Source: Octopus vulgaris
Lineage: Eukaryota
Reading direction: 5' to 3'
NCBI GenBank assembly: GCA_951406725.2
Contig: OX597832.1
Location: 13,206,001 to 13,270,000 of the forward strand
Length of the DNA stretch: 64,000 nucleotides
Shown here in pieces: positions 60,177 to 64,000 of the stretch. Below the pieces are notes generated by a model, which worked only from the letters and a program-made list of their open reading frames with translations, ran no database searches and was not told the DNA's origin. The position numbers and the translations under genes are program-made. The first letter of the stretch is position 1; the number at the start of each line of letters is the position of its first letter.

Positions 60177-60406
60177 AGGCGGCGAGCTGGCAGAAACGTT
60201 AGCACGCCGGGCGAAATGCGTTGCCGTATTTCGTCTGCCGTTACGTTCCGAGTTCAAATTCCACCGAGGTCGACTTTGCCTTTCATCCTTTCGGAGTCAA
60301 TAAATTAAGTACCAGTTACGCACTGGGGTCAATGTAATCGGCTTAATCCGTTTGTCTGTCCTTGTTTGTCCCCTCTGCGTTTAGACTCTTGTGGGTAATA
60401 AAGAAA
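60177..60406 (+). mobile_element. Family B SINE
   Basis: Matches 44098-44330. Confidence 0.92.
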
Positions 60407-60555
60407 CATATATGGTGAAATATAGTCATCTTCCATAATTATTCTCTTTCTCCCAATTTCCATCTATCCATCCATCCATCCACACACGCACACAAACACA
60501 CACACACACACACACACACATATAAAAACGCATAATTCTATTAGGTGATTGAAAA

Positions 60556-61046
60556 TCTGGGAAGAAATTTACAATATGTTAGATATTAGCTTGCTTACCG
60601 ACCACAGGGTTTTGGATTCCGTCCCGCTGCGTGGCACTTTCTACTATAGCCGCGGGTCGGCCAAAGCCTTGAGAGTGGATGTAGTAGATGGAAAATGAAA
60701 GAGGGCCCTCGTATATATGTGTGTGTGTATGTATCTCTGTATGTCTGTGTTTGTCCCCCCCAACATCGCTTGACAACCGATGCTGGTGTGTTTATGTCCC
60801 CGTAACATAACGGTTCGGCAAAAAGTGTCGGATAGAATAAGTACTAGGCTTCCAAAGTGTAATTACTGGGGGCGATTTGCTAGACTAAAGGTGGTGCTGC
60901 AGCAAGGCCGCAGTCAAATGACTGAAACAAGTAAAAGAGTAAAAGAGAGTAAACAAACAAAAAAAAAAAAAGAAAACCAAGATGAAAGAGAGCATACACA
61001 ATCTTTCTTTCTGGAAACACAAACATACACATACACAGACAGACAG

Positions 61047-61077
<31 letters not shown>

Positions 61078-61254
61078 CATATATACGACGGGCTTCTTTC
61101 AGTTTCCGTGTACCAAATCCACTCACAAGGCTTTGGTCGACCCGAGGCTATAGTAGAAGACACTTGCCCAAGGTGCCACGTTGTGGAAATGAACCCAGAA
61201 CCATGCGGTTGGGAAGCAAGCTAATATTTAACATATTGTAAAGTTCTTCCCAGA
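60556..61254. mobile_element. Inverted pair of family A SINEs sharing a non-SINE 5' extension
   Basis: tctgggaagaaatttacaatatgttagatattagcttgc at the left end and its near-perfect reverse complement at the right end. Confidence 0.85.
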
Positions 61255-62279
61255 AATAAAAGTACACATGCATTACCAGACAAGCAAAATTAACATATTT
61301 TAACCAATAAAATTAATTATTATTTAAAACTTCTATTCAAATTAATTGGAAATACTAAATAAAGTGGTGGACTAGAAAATTTAGTAACTGTCGTATCTAT
61401 TATAGTAGTAGCCTTTATTCAGGTTTTATTGACATAAGGTCTCTAGTGATACTACAATGAATATATATTAACATAATATTTAGAAAGCTTGTTACAGCTA
61501 TGAAATTTTATAAACACGTGTTACTTTTAATTACCTGAAAATATAATCTTTTATAGTCAACGGTATTCCAATGATTGGATAGTTCTTCAAGAATAAAGCA
61601 AACTTCCAGTCGAACTATTAGATCATGGACATCGGCCACAACTTTTACAAGAGTGTTTGTCTATAGGTACGGCAATGCCTCGATATAAGAGTTAATTTGT
61701 TCCTGGAGATCACTCGTAAAACGAAAACTCGTAAAACAGAATAATAATTTCCCATAGTAGCCAAGAAATTTGATGCCGTCGTTTTACCCCAACGCTGTGT
61801 AGACGCGTCAGAACCAGTGTTGCCACATGTTGCTATATTGCCACAAACACAAAACGGCTGTTTAACCCATAAAGCGCTGGGATTTTCACTTACATAGCAT
61901 GGACTGCTGAGCACATTTTATGAAGATGAGACTACCGTGAACACATAAAAAAGAAAAAAAATAGTCAAAATATCTTCTTAGTATATAAAGTTTTACGACA
62001 TCTGAAAAGTCATTAGTTTAACTATTAGTCCACTTGCATTCTGGAGGGTATCAGAGGGTCTGAGTAAATTTAGACCCCAACAAATGTCCATACATCAAAT
62101 ACATCTATCTGGGCCACGAACGTGGCCTGTCGACCTGTGCCTGATGTCCCCGATCGTAGCCCATCGCGCTTTATGTTTTAACATTTTTATATTAATTATA
62201 AAATAAACTCGCAAACCCGGGGCTCCGTTCGTAAAGCGGGTTTTCTTACAGTGAAGTATTACTGTATATCATTTATCGT

Positions 62280-62720
62280 TTACTTGTTTCAATCATTAGA
62301 CTGCAGCCACACTGGAGCACCACCTTGAAGATCGTTTAGTCGAATTTATGGACCCCAGTACCTATTATCTTTTTAAGCCCGGTACATATCCCTTTGGTTT
62401 CTTCCGTCGAACCGCTAATTTACGGGGACGTAAACAAACCAATACATGTTGCCAAGCGATAGTGGGGTCAACACATACACAAAGGCGCACGCACACACCC
62501 ACATGCACACACGCACAGACACATACACACACACACTCGCAGGTACGCACACACACATATAGAGGATGGCCTTCCGTCTAGCAAATCCACTTTGCCTTTC
62601 ATCCTTAGTCGGGCTGAGGATATAATAAAATACACTTGCCCAAGATACCATGCAGTGAGGCTGGAACTGGAACCATATGGTTGGGCAGCAAACCTCGTAT
62701 CACACAGCTACACCTGCATC
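62280..62720 (-). mobile_element. Degenerate family A SINE
   Basis: tacttgtttc..ctggagcaccacc..cacttgcccaag..ggaaccatatggttggg. Confidence 0.75.
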
Positions 62721-62787
62721 TATGTTATATATTAAACATCTCCATTTACACTGTGACATTACTAGGAGCTTGCATTCTATTCTTTCA

Positions 62788-63177
62788 TCTATCTCTCTCT
62801 ATATAAACGGCAGTTTGTCTGTGCGTGTTTCTGTGTGTCTGTTTGCTTGTACCCTCACCCTGACCACGGCTTTCAACCGATTCTGATGAAACTTGACACA
62901 CACATAGCCCAATGTCATAATTCAAAACTAACGCAGCGAAAATTTTGAAAAGTTCTCCCAGTTCTGAAAAAAATCGATAAATTCGACATGGGGTCGAGAA
63001 TCAGAAACACAAACAACACACCGTCTAGGGGGCGCAACTCCACCTTCTTTAACTCTCAAAAAAAAATTTACCATCATTTTTTTTCCATTTTTTTGCTATT
63101 TTTTGGCTATAACTCTTTAAAAATGCTTTATAGTTATTTCCCTTACAAACCTGAGCAACGCCGGGCGATACTGCTAG
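62788..63177 (+). mobile_element. Non-autonomous Helitron
   Basis: A|TC start; ends cctgagcaacgccgggcgatactgCTAG|T, the same 3' end as 8019-8531. Confidence 0.8.
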
Positions 63178-63307
63178 TCTTTTCATAAAACGGAGTTGAG
63201 ACAGCGAGCGATCCTTTATGTACTTGAATCCCTTGCCAGAAAAAAACAAGTAAATTTCCTGCTGAATCAACCCTGCCATCTTCAGAAATGAAAGAGCTTG
63301 TGTAAAT

Positions 63308-63740
63308 AAGGCGGCGAGCTGGAAGAAACGTTAGCACGTTGGGCGAAATTCTTAGCGGTATTTCGTCTGCCGCTACGTTCTTAGTTCAAATTCCGCCGTG
63401 GTCGACTTTGCCTTTCATCCTTTTGGGATCGATTAAATAAGTACCAGTTACGCACTGTGGTCGATATAATCGACTTATTGCGTTTATCTGTCCTTGTTTG
63501 TCCCCTCTGTGTGTAGCCCCTGGTGGGCAGTAAAGACATAGGAAACGTTGGCACGCCGGGTGAAATGCTTAGCGGGTTTTTAGTCTCTCTTTATGTTCTG
63601 CGTTCAAATGCCGCTGAGGTCGACTTTGCTTTTCATCCTCTCGGGGTCGATAGATTAAGTACCAGTTGCGTACTGTGGTCGATCTAATCGACTGGCCCCC
63701 TCCCATAATATTTCGGGCCTTGTGCCCAGAGTACAAAAGC
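63308..63740 (+). mobile_element. Dimer of family B SINEs with different tails
   Basis: Two consecutive gaaacgtt.gcacg..gtcgactttgc..aagtaccagtt units. Confidence 0.88.
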
Positions 63741-63884
63741 ATATTTTGTGTAAATTAATCATAGATGTATGAAAATGAAAGGCTGCGGAATGACAGTTGT
63801 GATGTATTTAATCATAGGTTTGAGCTAAGTTAGAGCTACTGAATAATATCAACTATAGTAAGAACATTGAGAACCTTTTAAAAG

Positions 63885-64000
63885 ACTCCGCCGGTTACGA
63901 CGACGAGGGTCCCAGCTGATACGATCAACGGAACAGCTTGCTCGTGAAATTAACGTGCAAATGGCTGAGCATTCCACAGACATGTGTACCCTTAACGTAG
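63885..64000 (-). mobile_element. 3' end of a family C SINE, running off the window
   Basis: ccggttacgacgacgaggg..ctcgtgaaattaacgtg..cccttaacgtag matches 15775-15890. Confidence 0.85.

Overview
AT-rich, repeat-dense animal genomic DNA, most likely Octopus (inferred from the tRNA-derived SINE families and the very high density of (AT)n, (CTAT)n and (AC)n microsatellites). I found no intact protein-coding gene, and nearly all ORF-track entries are microsatellite or SINE artefacts. Recognisable mobile DNA includes about 25 SINE copies from three families, a Penelope-like GIY-YIG remnant, RTE and R4/Dong-type LINE fragments, two mariner fragments, non-autonomous Helitrons and several minimal hammerhead ribozymes. 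The main signal lies in the 'unique' DNA between the repeats. A heavily decayed, intronless family-B DNA polymerase sits on the minus strand (~20.4-22.0 kb), with degenerate Exo I/II/III and Pol A/B/C motifs in the right order and near-canonical spacing. Other intronless, stop-depleted minus-strand fossil frames lie nearby: kinase-like at ~31 kb and GDAA oxidoreductase/RNase III-like at ~37 kb. Together they suggest a fossilised endogenous large dsDNA virus later colonised by host transposons. All translations and stop counts were done by hand and need HMM confirmation.
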